From assembly GCA_964549485.1 (NCBI GenBank), contig CAZJWI010000155.1, positions 1-63,543 of the forward strand: DNA of 63,543 nt, read 5' to 3'. Under the pieces are notes generated by a model, which had not been told where the DNA came from, searched no databases, and saw nothing but the letters and a program-made list of their open reading frames with translations. Positions 49,400 through 58,585 of the stretch are shown here, in pieces (within the stretch, counting starts at the first letter, position 1; the number at the start of each line of letters is the position of its first letter). The stretch comes from an uncultured Flavobacteriaceae bacterium (GTDB lineage: Bacteria > Bacteroidota > Bacteroidia > Flavobacteriales > Flavobacteriaceae). A program made the translations under genes and the position numbers.

Positions 49400-51454
49400 A
49401 TGCGATTATTATATCTTATCTGCCTCACTGCCGTTCTGAGTTTCCTTTCAAGTTGTGATCAACCCAGCCCTTCCAGAGCTGCACATTGGGACCAGGTAAG
49501 CGTGCACTACTCACATATGGATACAACTATCCGGCCAGGTAGCGACTTTTACAGATATACAAATGGCGGTTGGAACGAGCATACACAAATTCCGAATGAC
49601 CTTCCCGAATATAACACCTTCTACTATCTACAAAACAAGGTGTTTAACGATTTGCTTATCACCTTAGATCAGCTGCCTTCATTAGAAGAGGAGGCTTTTA
49701 CTGACGGTCCTTCACAAGTTGCTCTTCTTTACAGGCAGTATTTGGATACGCTTTCGCGAAATAATACCGGGATCACTCCAATCCTTTCGGTACTAAAAAA
49801 CATCAAAAAAACACAGTCCAAAGCGGCATTATTAGAATTGATAAGCACAGATACTCAAGTGAGTGCTCCATTTTTTACTATCGAAATTGGTGCTGATCTT
49901 ATAAATAGTACCCAGTCTATGGTTTACTTAGGTCCTCATACATTAGGGCTTGGACATAGAAAGAATTATTTCTCATCATCCTTAAGAGCTCAGGCTTTAC
50001 GCGAGAACTACAAAAAATACATCGGTTCCGTAATGGCCGAGGTAGATGTTGATAGTCAAAATGCTGATGATGTGGCCCAAAGCATTTTAGAACTTGAGCA
50101 GCTTTTGGCCAAAGCCCAAGCCCCACCAGAACTACTCCAGCAACCAGAGCTACTCAATAATCGGTATGCTGTTAATGATGCCAACGAGACTTTTCCAAGA
50201 CTTGCTCCAAAAAATCGACTAGATAATTGGGGTATACCCTCTCATATAGACACCCTCATTATTACCCAACCTCATTATTTTAATAAACTAGAAGTACTAC
50301 TTGATTCCCTACCCCTCTCCCAATTAAAACAACTTACTGTTTTTCATACCGTCAATTCCTCTAGTCAAATAATGAGTGGGTCCTTAGAAAAAAAGCATTG
50401 GCTATTTTACAAATCGTATGCACAAGGGGCTCGGGTCCAACAACCAGCCCCTAAAAGGGCTTTACAAATGGTGAATAAGCTTCTTCCAGAAGCCTTAGGG
50501 TTGTTGTATGCTAAGCGCTATGGTAATGAGCAAACCAATGCCCGTATTTCGCAAATGATCACCTATATCATCGCTGCTTATAAAAAGCGAATCCAAGCCT
50601 TGACATGGATGGCTCCTGGCACCAAAAACAAGGCCATACAGAAACTTGACAGTATGGATATTAGGGTGGGATATCCAACTAGCTGGGATGTGTTTCATAA
50701 CCTTGAACTCACTCCAGATAACAGCTATTACCAAAATCAAATAGTGCTTCGTCAATGGTCGAGAAAGCAAAGTATTTCACTATTAAATCAAAACCTTACA
50801 AATAAGTCTTGGCGCTTATTTCCGCACCAAGTAAATGCTCAATATTTTCCAGACACTAACCAAATCATTATTCCCGCCGCGCTATTACAACCTCCTTTGT
50901 ATGATGCACAGGGTGATATGGCCTCTAATTTTGGGTCAATAGGTGCAATCATTGGTCATGAGATCACTCATGCCTTTGATAGGATTGGTGCCCGCTACGA
51001 TGTCCAGGGCAATCTAAACCCTTGGTGGACCACTAGCGATGATACCCAATTCAATATGTTAACCCAAGCCCTTGATCATCAGTATAAGGCTATAGAATTA
51101 AAGGATTCATTGGTTGTTAATGCTGCGCTTACGCGAAATGAAAATATTGCAGATCTTGGCGGTATAGCAACAGCCTTTGATGCGCTTCAAAATTGGATAG
51201 CCGATTACGGATTGACAAATAAGACTGATGATTTTACCCCTAATCAGCGTTTTTTTATGGCCTGGACATCCACATGGCGCAGCAAACAACGCAGAAAAGC
51301 ATTTGAAGAGCAACTAAAAGTTGATACGCATCTACCCGGTCCTATTCGTGCGGTACAGCCTTTACGACAATTCTCAACATTTTATGAGGCCTTCGATATA
51401 GGCCCTAGTGACCCAGAATACCTCCCTATTCGGGCACGTATTCCAATTTGGTAA
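49400..51454 (+). CDS. M13 (neprilysin/PepO-like) metallopeptidase, lipoprotein
   Basis: Lipobox LSSC, DFY.Y.NG.W, VNA.Y, GHEITH, ENIADLGG. Confidence 0.92.
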   Translation: MRLLYLICLTAVLSFLSSCDQPSPSRAAHWDQVSVHYSHMDTTIRPGSDFYRYTNGGWNEHTQIPNDLPEYNTFYYLQNKVFNDLLITLDQLPSLEEEAFTDGPSQVALLYRQYLDTLSRNNTGITPILSVLKNIKKTQSKAALLELISTDTQVSAPFFTIEIGADLINSTQSMVYLGPHTLGLGHRKNYFSSSLRAQALRENYKKYIGSVMAEVDVDSQNADDVAQSILELEQLLAKAQAPPELLQQPELLNNRYAVNDANETFPRLAPKNRLDNWGIPSHIDTLIITQPHYFNKLEVLLDSLPLSQLKQLTVFHTVNSSSQIMSGSLEKKHWLFYKSYAQGARVQQPAPKRALQMVNKLLPEALGLLYAKRYGNEQTNARISQMITYIIAAYKKRIQALTWMAPGTKNKAIQKLDSMDIRVGYPTSWDVFHNLELTPDNSYYQNQIVLRQWSRKQSISLLNQNLTNKSWRLFPHQVNAQYFPDTNQIIIPAALLQPPLYDAQGDMASNFGSIGAIIGHEITHAFDRIGARYDVQGNLNPWWTTSDDTQFNMLTQALDHQYKAIELKDSLVVNAALTRNENIADLGGIATAFDALQNWIADYGLTNKTDDFTPNQRFFMAWTSTWRSKQRRKAFEEQLKVDTHLPGPIRAVQPLRQFSTFYEAFDIGPSDPEYLPIRARIPIW
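49750..49761. repeat. Palindrome core GCTTTCGCGAAA (LSRN)
   Basis: 12 of 14 bases match. Confidence 0.85.
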
Positions 51455-51482
51455 ATGATTAAATTTAAGCGTTTAGTAGTGG

Positions 51483-52292
51483 CTATTCGTCCAAAGCTAC
51501 TTTGAACTTGTAATTTAGTAATTCGTCAAGATGTACACTTTTAACCGTCTTAAACGTAGAGAAATCTTCTTCGGCATATTGTGGAGGAACAAGTTGCATG
51601 CGCTCGGCTTGTTTTTTATAATACTCTTTCTTTGTAGGATGAGATGGTGCAACAGCGTTAAAAATGTGTCCAAAATGATCTTGCTCAATAATGGTTTTTA
51701 AAATACCAATACAATCTTCTCTGTGAATCAGGTTTACAGGTGCTTCTCCATTAGACAGCTCTTCTCTGCCCGCAAGAAAACGGACTGGATGGCGACTGCC
51801 CCCAAACAACCCACCAAAACGTACAATGCTTGTTTTGAGTGAAGGACTATTAAAAAATAGCTGCTCTACCTCAAATAATTGTTTGGCAGCATTGGTTTGT
51901 GGTTGAGGAGCGGTTTTTTCGGTTACGATACCTTGGGTATCGTCATACACTGCTGTACTGCTTATCAAAATTACTTTTTCAATAGCCGAGCGCTCAATAT
52001 GGTGAAGAAAATGAGCCATCTTAAGTGCATAATTGGCACCTGTGTTTTTGCGTAAGCCTGGTGGGATCATAATTACTAGGACATCTGTCTCTGCAAGCAA
52101 AGCCTCTGGCATTCCTGAAACACCATTTTCACCTATTAAGACCGGAAAGGTCACTATACCTTGTTGACTAATTCGAGCAGCCTTAGCTGCGTCTGTAACG
52201 CTACCTTTGACAGTATATCCAAGGTTTTTCATATGGGCTGCAAATGACATTCCAAGCCAACCTAAACCTGCTATTGTTATTCTATTCTTCAA
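51483..52292 (-). CDS. NAD(P)-dependent epimerase/SDR (YeeZ-like)
   Basis: GLGWLG, ISST.VY, R.GGL.G..RHP, NLIH..D. Confidence 0.85.
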   Translation of the reverse strand: MKNRITIAGLGWLGMSFAAHMKNLGYTVKGSVTDAAKAARISQQGIVTFPVLIGENGVSGMPEALLAETDVLVIMIPPGLRKNTGANYALKMAHFLHHIERSAIEKVILISSTAVYDDTQGIVTEKTAPQPQTNAAKQLFEVEQLFFNSPSLKTSIVRFGGLFGGSRHPVRFLAGREELSNGEAPVNLIHREDCIGILKTIIEQDHFGHIFNAVAPSHPTKKEYYKKQAERMQLVPPQYAEEDFSTFKTVKSVHLDELLNYKFKVALDE

Positions 52293-54663
52293 GAGTTTGC
52301 TGTGTTAAGGGTTGCTCATCAACGCTAAGTTTTTTATCCACTACTAAAGCTTGTTCATCAATGACTTGCTCGGTAATGATAGCGTCATTAGACACAAAGG
52401 GCTTTGGCATAGTATTGTTGGGGCGTTGATCAATCTCAAATTGTGGGTGTTCTAGTAAATCATAAGAATACTCGACTAAGGTAAACTTTGGATAGATATT
52501 CTCTGGCACCTTGAAGCGTATTTCTAGCGAATCATTTTCAGAAAGGTAATAACTAATCAATCCTCTACTCCTTCTACGTTTGTATTGGGTATCAAGGCTA
52601 TCAAATTTTAATGCCTGATTGTTATATTCAAGATACTTAAATGGGATGTCCTCATCGGCATAGAGTCGAATTCGATTTACAGACCGCTGTGGCTTTACCA
52701 CAAGTCTAACCTCACGCAAACCATCTACAATTGTATCTGTTGATTTGCTAATTTCTGCCCTTGGCAATTCGATAAAATTAGCTTTCTTGGCGTAGGTATA
52801 GGGCGCATTATATTTACTGCCGTGAGCGCTTCTCACATAAAGACTTGCGCTTTCGGGCTCTTCTCCCAGATAATTTGTAACCCAAGGATCAAGATTTTTG
52901 TCATATGTTACCCAATAGGCCTGATTGTCATCTGTGTATTGATAATACACCAAACTGTTCGGTTTTTGGCGCTCTGGTGAATAATCAGATTTGGTATGTG
53001 CCACAATCAGAAAAACGATGGTAAGTAATAAGCCAAAATAACCAACGATTTTTTTATTGCGATAATACCCAAAAACGGGTATTAATAACCCAAACAATAA
53101 AACGGTAAAGACAACAGTAATCCAATAGGCCGCAGGACCCAGACCTACTGGGAAAAATTGCAAGCTTGGCGCAAAAAGTAATAAAGCGGGCGCACACAAA
53201 AATACGAGGAGAAAAATACTCGGATTTTGCTGGCGAATCATCACAAATAGTGCAAGTAAAGCAAAAAAAGTAGGGATAACAAAAAAGCCAGCCCCAGCAA
53301 GTTTGGCCGCAACTACTCCATTAATAACGATCCAAAAAAACAAGGGTGCAATTAGCATACTAGGTGCATCTTTGGGTTTGGTTAGGTGATGATATATACC
53401 AAATGAAAAGGCTGTTGCCATGGCGACAAAAGCGGCCGTGTACCAGTGCCCATTATAAATAAAAACAGGTAAGACATCGGCATACTGAGGGTAGATCACT
53501 GGCCCTAACCAACTTAGTAATTGAAGCAAAATCAAAGACCCAACCAGCGATAAGATAAAGGCAACAAAACCCAACCCTACAGCTCGCGTTTTTAATTGTC
53601 CTTTTTTAAACCCGTATATAAGCAATACTATAAATAGAAGCAGTGCCAATATTGCCATAGGCCACACCCAATCAAAGGGATAATGAATAAACGAAAACAG
53701 GGCCGTATCAAAATAGACGTGATCTACATCGGTTTTTAATGTGTTCAGATCTATTTGAGCAAAGTGCGTGAGCATGGGCATTAAATAACTGCCCTGATGC
53801 GCCAGGGTTTTAGGATCAAGATTTTCCCAAGTATCATTTGCGGTATGATAATTAAAGTGATCATCTATAAAGGCAAAGAAAAACCCATCAATATCTCCAT
53901 CTTCCCTCAAGACCGTAGAATCAGTATCATTAGGAAGCATTTTGTAAATACTGTACATTAGGGATGTAGCCACGGGATACTCTGGATTGGCTTTACTAAA
54001 TTCTTCAATCAACCGTGCATTACCCCCATTGGTCTCGACAATCATATTAGACGGGCCACTGCTTCCTCTTGCCTCAAAATTAAAAGCCACTCCTACATCC
54101 TTAGCCCAAGGATGTTCGTTAACAAAGAGGCTGGCACCATCTAATCCTAGCTCTTCTGAATCAGTAAATAATATGATGATGTCATTTTTAGGCCGAGCAC
54201 CACTTGCCAGGTAGGCTCTAAAACTTTCCAAAACGGTAACCACTCCCGAACCTGCGTCACTAGCTCCATAAGATTTGGAATGTGGTGCACTGTCATAATG
54301 TGACATGATCAAGACTGCTTTTGTTGGATCACTCCCCGGATATCTAGCCAAAATATTTCTGGCCTTAACCAGGGTGCTCTGCCCATTCCATTGATCTTGA
54401 ACAAAACCTTCCTGAACAAATGGTTGTAGACCCAGAGCGCGAAGTTCTTCCATGATGTAACCCCTAACCTTAACATGCCCCTCTGACCCTACATAATGAG
54501 GTTGATTTGCAATAATCTTGAGCTGCTGCATTGCCCTGTCTACAGAAAATTCTGAAGTTGACACATCGGCATCAGAGGGATTGGGAGGCAATAATGAACT
54601 AAAACTAATGAACGCTAAGGCTAGTATAAGCAAGAATGAAAAAAAGTGAATAATCCGAGTCAT
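52282..54663 (-). CDS. Membrane-bound M28 peptidase
   Basis: SHYDS, GASD.GSG, EE.GL.G, NFEARG, PNDTD, YHT..D, multi-TM region. Confidence 0.9.
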   Translation of the reverse strand: MTRIIHFFSFLLILALAFISFSSLLPPNPSDADVSTSEFSVDRAMQQLKIIANQPHYVGSEGHVKVRGYIMEELRALGLQPFVQEGFVQDQWNGQSTLVKARNILARYPGSDPTKAVLIMSHYDSAPHSKSYGASDAGSGVVTVLESFRAYLASGARPKNDIIILFTDSEELGLDGASLFVNEHPWAKDVGVAFNFEARGSSGPSNMIVETNGGNARLIEEFSKANPEYPVATSLMYSIYKMLPNDTDSTVLREDGDIDGFFFAFIDDHFNYHTANDTWENLDPKTLAHQGSYLMPMLTHFAQIDLNTLKTDVDHVYFDTALFSFIHYPFDWVWPMAILALLLFIVLLIYGFKKGQLKTRAVGLGFVAFILSLVGSLILLQLLSWLGPVIYPQYADVLPVFIYNGHWYTAAFVAMATAFSFGIYHHLTKPKDAPSMLIAPLFFWIVINGVVAAKLAGAGFFVIPTFFALLALFVMIRQQNPSIFLLVFLCAPALLLFAPSLQFFPVGLGPAAYWITVVFTVLLFGLLIPVFGYYRNKKIVGYFGLLLTIVFLIVAHTKSDYSPERQKPNSLVYYQYTDDNQAYWVTYDKNLDPWVTNYLGEEPESASLYVRSAHGSKYNAPYTYAKKANFIELPRAEISKSTDTIVDGLREVRLVVKPQRSVNRIRLYADEDIPFKYLEYNNQALKFDSLDTQYKRRRSRGLISYYLSENDSLEIRFKVPENIYPKFTLVEYSYDLLEHPQFEIDQRPNNTMPKPFVSNDAIITEQVIDEQALVVDKKLSVDEQPLTQQTLEE

Positions 54664-54815
54664 AGGTTGTTGATTGGTTCTTCTAAAATACAATTTTTAG
54701 AAGGATCTGATGCTTTCTAAGTCTTAAGTGCTAATTTGTTGTATGACAAATACATAATAACCAGATAGTTCGAGATAATTTACTAACTTTAAGAAGAACC
54801 TTAAACTAAAATAAT

Positions 54816-55280
54816 ATGGCAATCAAGAGTTTTATGGGCCGCCGTGCCAAAAACAGTAAAGGCACTCCCACCGATATTAAAGTGAGTGATTATATGACTC
54901 AAAAGCTGATCACATTTAAACCCGATCAATCGGTGTTAGAGGTTATGGATAGTTTAATTAAAAATAAAATTTCTGGTGGGCCTGTAGTAAACGATAAAAA
55001 TGAATTATTAGGCATTATCTCTGAGGGCGACTGTATGAAGCAAATTTCTGAGAGTCGCTATTACAATATGCCTATGGACAATATGCTGGTTGAAAAGCAC
55101 ATGGCTCATGAGGTAGAAACTATAGACGGTAATATGAATGTTTTTGATGCTGCCAATAAATTTGTCAACTCAAAGAGACGTAGATTTCCTATCGTTGAAA
55201 ATGGCAAATTGATAGGACAGATAAGTCAAAAAGATGTACTCAAGGCAGCTTTACAACTCAATGGTCAAACCTGGAAGTGA
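54816..55280 (+). CDS. CBS domain pair protein
   Basis: V.DYM, ISG.PVV, GIISE.D, RRFPIV...G.IS..D. Confidence 0.92.
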   Translation: MAIKSFMGRRAKNSKGTPTDIKVSDYMTQKLITFKPDQSVLEVMDSLIKNKISGGPVVNDKNELLGIISEGDCMKQISESRYYNMPMDNMLVEKHMAHEVETIDGNMNVFDAANKFVNSKRRRFPIVENGKLIGQISQKDVLKAALQLNGQTWK

Positions 55281-55284
55281 CCCC

Positions 55285-55821
55285 TCACTTAGCAACACCA
55301 TATGACTCAAACCAAGCGATCATACAATCTTCTGCCTCGTAATAAAAATCGGCTTTTCTATCTAATCCAATTTTTTCCAAAACACGGCAGGAAGCCTTAT
55401 TTTCTATCTCGGCCAAGCCGCAGAGCTTTTTATTTGGAAAATTTTCAAAGAAGTAATCTATTGCAGCTATGGAGGATTCTGTAGCATAACCCTTACCCCA
55501 ATATTCTGGTTTAAAACGATATCCTATATCGTAATAATTTTGATGTCCATTCATTTCCTCTTCAAAATTCATTTTTAATCCTGTCCAGCCTATCCAATCA
55601 CCAGATTTCTTTTCAATGGCTGCCCAACGCCCTATGCCGTATTTGTCATATTGCATACGGATGTAATCCACATAGACACGGGCTTTATGCATACAAAAAA
55701 TAGGCTTTTTACCCAAGTATTTGTGCACCTCTGGATTACTGTCTAGCTCAAACATATCACCTGTATCGGCAACTACTATTTCTCTTAAAATCAGATGCTC
55801 GGTTTCTGCAAAAATTTTCAT
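55285..55821 (-). CDS. GNAT N-acetyltransferase (RimJ/RimL type)
   Basis: ETE.L.LR, IGY, WGKGYATE, N.AS.RVLEK.G. Confidence 0.9.
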   Translation of the reverse strand: MKIFAETEHLILREIVVADTGDMFELDSNPEVHKYLGKKPIFCMHKARVYVDYIRMQYDKYGIGRWAAIEKKSGDWIGWTGLKMNFEEEMNGHQNYYDIGYRFKPEYWGKGYATESSIAAIDYFFENFPNKKLCGLAEIENKASCRVLEKIGLDRKADFYYEAEDCMIAWFESYGVAK

Positions 55822-55921
55822 AATGACATTTTAAGACTATTGTGCTAATAGCCATTCATTTACATTTCTATAATTAAGGATGCAATTATACTACAAGGCG
55901 AACCTTCAAAGATTAAATGAT

Positions 55922-56998
55922 TTACTCCTTGTAAATTTTTACAGTCAATTCTCCATCTTTATTCATATGTGCACGATACATGCCCGCAGTGTTAAATTCC
56001 ATGGCGATATTACCTCCTCTATCGATAGCTACAATACCTCCATCACCTCCCAAGGCCGGAACCTTCTTTTGAATAACCTCTCTGGCTGCCTCTTGAATGC
56101 TCAAGCCCTTATATTCCATTAGAGCTGCAATATCATGAGCAACCATAGCCCTTATAAAATATTCTCCCCAACCCGTGCTGCTCACAGCGCAACTCGCATT
56201 ATTGGCATAGGTCCCTGCACCTATAATAGGAGCATCACCTATACGGTTATAACGCTTGTTGGTCATACCTCCCGTAGAGGTTCCAGCTGCAAGATTTCCA
56301 GACTTGTCTAAAGCAACACAGCCCACGGTTCCAAATTTGGCATTTTTTATAAAGGGGTCAACAAAAGCGGTCTTCCCGTCATGATCTAACTCAGTAGTTT
56401 CTCTCTCTTTGATGCGTTGTAGCGATTCAAATCTTCTCTTGGTATAAAAATAACCAGGGTCAACTAAGGCGAAGCCTTGCTCTTCTGCAAATTGTTCGGC
56501 GCCTACGCCACTAAGCATCACATGTTCAGACTTGTCCATAACCGCCCTGGCCAAATCGATAGGATTTTTGATTCTGGTCACTCCTGAAATAGCTCCTGCA
56601 TTAAGTGAAGCACCATCCATCACACTAGCGTCTAACTCATTGGTCTCGTCATGGGTGAAAACGGCTCCTTTTCCAGCATTAAACAAAGGGCTATCTTCCA
56701 TAATATTAATAGTGGCAGTGACTGCATCCATGCTGCTACCACCGGCTGCCAAAATCTCATGCCCTTTTGAAATGGCTTCGGTTAACTTTTCGCGATAAGC
56801 GGTCTCCAAAGAATCACTCATATTCTTTTTAAGAATTGTACCAGCACCACCGTGAATTACGATGCCAAAAGAATCTGGCTCATACGTTGGAGCGGTATTC
56901 TGAGTAGTCGAAGGAGTTTCATTTTTACTCTCGGGATTGTTGCACCCCGTTAAAAGCAATACACTACAGGCTATACACGCCAATATATAATTTCTCAT
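55922..56998 (-). CDS. iaaA: Isoaspartyl peptidase/L-asparaginase (lipoprotein)
   Basis: IHGGAG, FNAG.G, GTVGCVA, AGTSTGG, R.GD.P..GAG; lipobox LTGC. Confidence 0.92.
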   Translation of the reverse strand: MRNYILACIACSVLLLTGCNNPESKNETPSTTQNTAPTYEPDSFGIVIHGGAGTILKKNMSDSLETAYREKLTEAISKGHEILAAGGSSMDAVTATINIMEDSPLFNAGKGAVFTHDETNELDASVMDGASLNAGAISGVTRIKNPIDLARAVMDKSEHVMLSGVGAEQFAEEQGFALVDPGYFYTKRRFESLQRIKERETTELDHDGKTAFVDPFIKNAKFGTVGCVALDKSGNLAAGTSTGGMTNKRYNRIGDAPIIGAGTYANNASCAVSSTGWGEYFIRAMVAHDIAALMEYKGLSIQEAAREVIQKKVPALGGDGGIVAIDRGGNIAMEFNTAGMYRAHMNKDGELTVKIYKE

Positions 56999-57138
56999 CT
57001 CATCTTGATTTTGGAGTTCTAATATAAGGAGAAATGAGTGGCTCAACCACTACTTTCTCATATGAACCTGGTTTTAAGACGTAGAAGTCTTGATGCTATC
57101 GATCACACTCGCTTCAACTCTCGTTAAAAATACTTTTT

Positions 57139-57248
57139 TCGATGAATTTGTGTATTTCGTCGATAATACTAGAGAAAATAAGAGATAAGACCACCTTAAA
57201 CGTAAGAACATTTCATTAAAAATGTGTATTTCATCGATTAAATACACA
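57139..57248. promoter_or_regulatory. Repeated operator-like motif TGTGTATTTCRTCGAT
   Basis: Copies at 57149-57164 and 57223-57238, each within an inverted repeat. Confidence 0.5.
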
Positions 57249-57307
57249 AAAAACACGATTAAGTGTAAATATTTTATATATTTAGACCATAATCATAACC
57301 CCAAATT

Positions 57308-57802
57308 ATGAAACTGATTAACCGAAGTCTTTGCCTTATTGGCATGATATGCCTTTTGGCGTCCTGTTCTGCAGATCCTGAAACAGAGGTTCTGGAAACT
57401 GTAAATCTTGAAAATCACTTTGAACTTGCTCAAGATCAACAATTTGCCAATGAAGTATTGGATGTGATCAACGAACACCGATCTCAATTAGGATTGTCAG
57501 ATTTGCAACTTCATGTGGCTTCAGAAGATAAAGCCATAGAACACACAGCTTATATGGTTGAACAAAATAAAATGAGTCACGACAATTTTTTCCAACGTTC
57601 GGACTACTTAAAATCAAAAGGCGCAGATAAGGTGAGCGAAAACGTAGCTTACGGCCAGCGCACTCCAGAAGCGGTAGTAGCTGCCTGGTTAAAAAGTCCA
57701 AGTCATAAAGAAGCGATAGAGAGTGACTTTACTCATACTGGAATTGGCGTGGTTTCTAATAAGAATGGTATCAATTATTACACTCAGATCTTCATTAAAT
57801 AA
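57308..57802 (+). CDS. CAP (SCP-like) domain lipoprotein
   Basis: Lipobox LASC, IN.HR, H..YM, SH, ENVA, W..S..H, Y.TQ.F. Confidence 0.92.
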   Translation: MKLINRSLCLIGMICLLASCSADPETEVLETVNLENHFELAQDQQFANEVLDVINEHRSQLGLSDLQLHVASEDKAIEHTAYMVEQNKMSHDNFFQRSDYLKSKGADKVSENVAYGQRTPEAVVAAWLKSPSHKEAIESDFTHTGIGVVSNKNGINYYTQIFIK

Positions 57803-57829
57803 AATTTATATAGCTTGATTAAATAGAGG

Positions 57830-57859
57830 GCCTATCGCTTTATGCGCTAGGCTTTTTTT
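57830..57859 (+). terminator. Intrinsic terminator
   Basis: GCCTATCGC...GCGCTAGGC plus T7. Confidence 0.7.
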
Positions 57860-57921
57860 GTAGGTGTGTTTGGTTTGGCATGCGCCTAATAAATTGTATT
57901 TTTATACAAAACACAGACGTC

Positions 57922-58461
57922 ATGGCCATAGCAGCACCCTTTAACTTAAATACTTGGATCGAAGAAAACAGAGCCATTTTAAAACCTCCAGTAGGAAATA
58001 AGAATTTATATCGCGATGCTGGCGATTATATCGTTATGGTCGTGGGCGGCCCCAATGCACGCAAAGATTATCACTATAATGAAACCGAAGAATTGTTTTA
58101 TCAGCTCGAAGGCAATATAGAGGTACATATTCAAGAAGACGGTCAGAAGAGAACAATGAAATTAGGTCCGGGCGATATGTATTTGCATCCAGCAGGGGTA
58201 CCGCATTCTCCTGTCAGACACGAAAATTCGATTGGATTGGTCATAGAGCGTAAGCGCAATGACTTAGCGGGTAAAGACGGTTTAATGTGGTATTGTGATA
58301 ACTGCAACAATAAGCTCTATGAGGCTTATTTTACGCTAAATGATGTCGAGACCGATTTCTTTAAACACTTCAAAGAGTTTTACGGCGATATAGAAAAGCG
58401 AACCTGTTCCAATTGTGGCACCGTTATGCCAACAGATCCCAGGTTTACTCCAGACGAATAA
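57922..58461 (+). CDS. nbaC: 3-hydroxyanthranilate 3,4-dioxygenase
   Basis: LKPPVGNK, GGPN.R.DYH, EE.FYQ, PHSP.R, rubredoxin-like CxxC pairs. Confidence 0.95.
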   Translation: MAIAAPFNLNTWIEENRAILKPPVGNKNLYRDAGDYIVMVVGGPNARKDYHYNETEELFYQLEGNIEVHIQEDGQKRTMKLGPGDMYLHPAGVPHSPVRHENSIGLVIERKRNDLAGKDGLMWYCDNCNNKLYEAYFTLNDVETDFFKHFKEFYGDIEKRTCSNCGTVMPTDPRFTPDE

Positions 58462-58479
58462 ATCCTAATATAGATTACA

Positions 58480-58514
58480 AATGGGCAGGACGAAAATCCT
58501 GCCCATTCTTTTTT
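58480..58514 (+). terminator. Intrinsic terminator
   Basis: AATGGGCAGGA-cgaaaa-TCCTGCCCATT plus T run. Confidence 0.8.
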
Positions 58515-58585
58515 ACAACCCTTTTATATTACGTACTTTCGCAAACGATTTCACAGCACATTAATTACAATAAAAACAAGACAAA

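Noticed and set aside
669-49761. Palindrome copies as CRISPR repeats or IS ends
   Set aside because: Only 10-24 bp, kilobases apart, intragenic, no regular spacers, no cas or transposase gene
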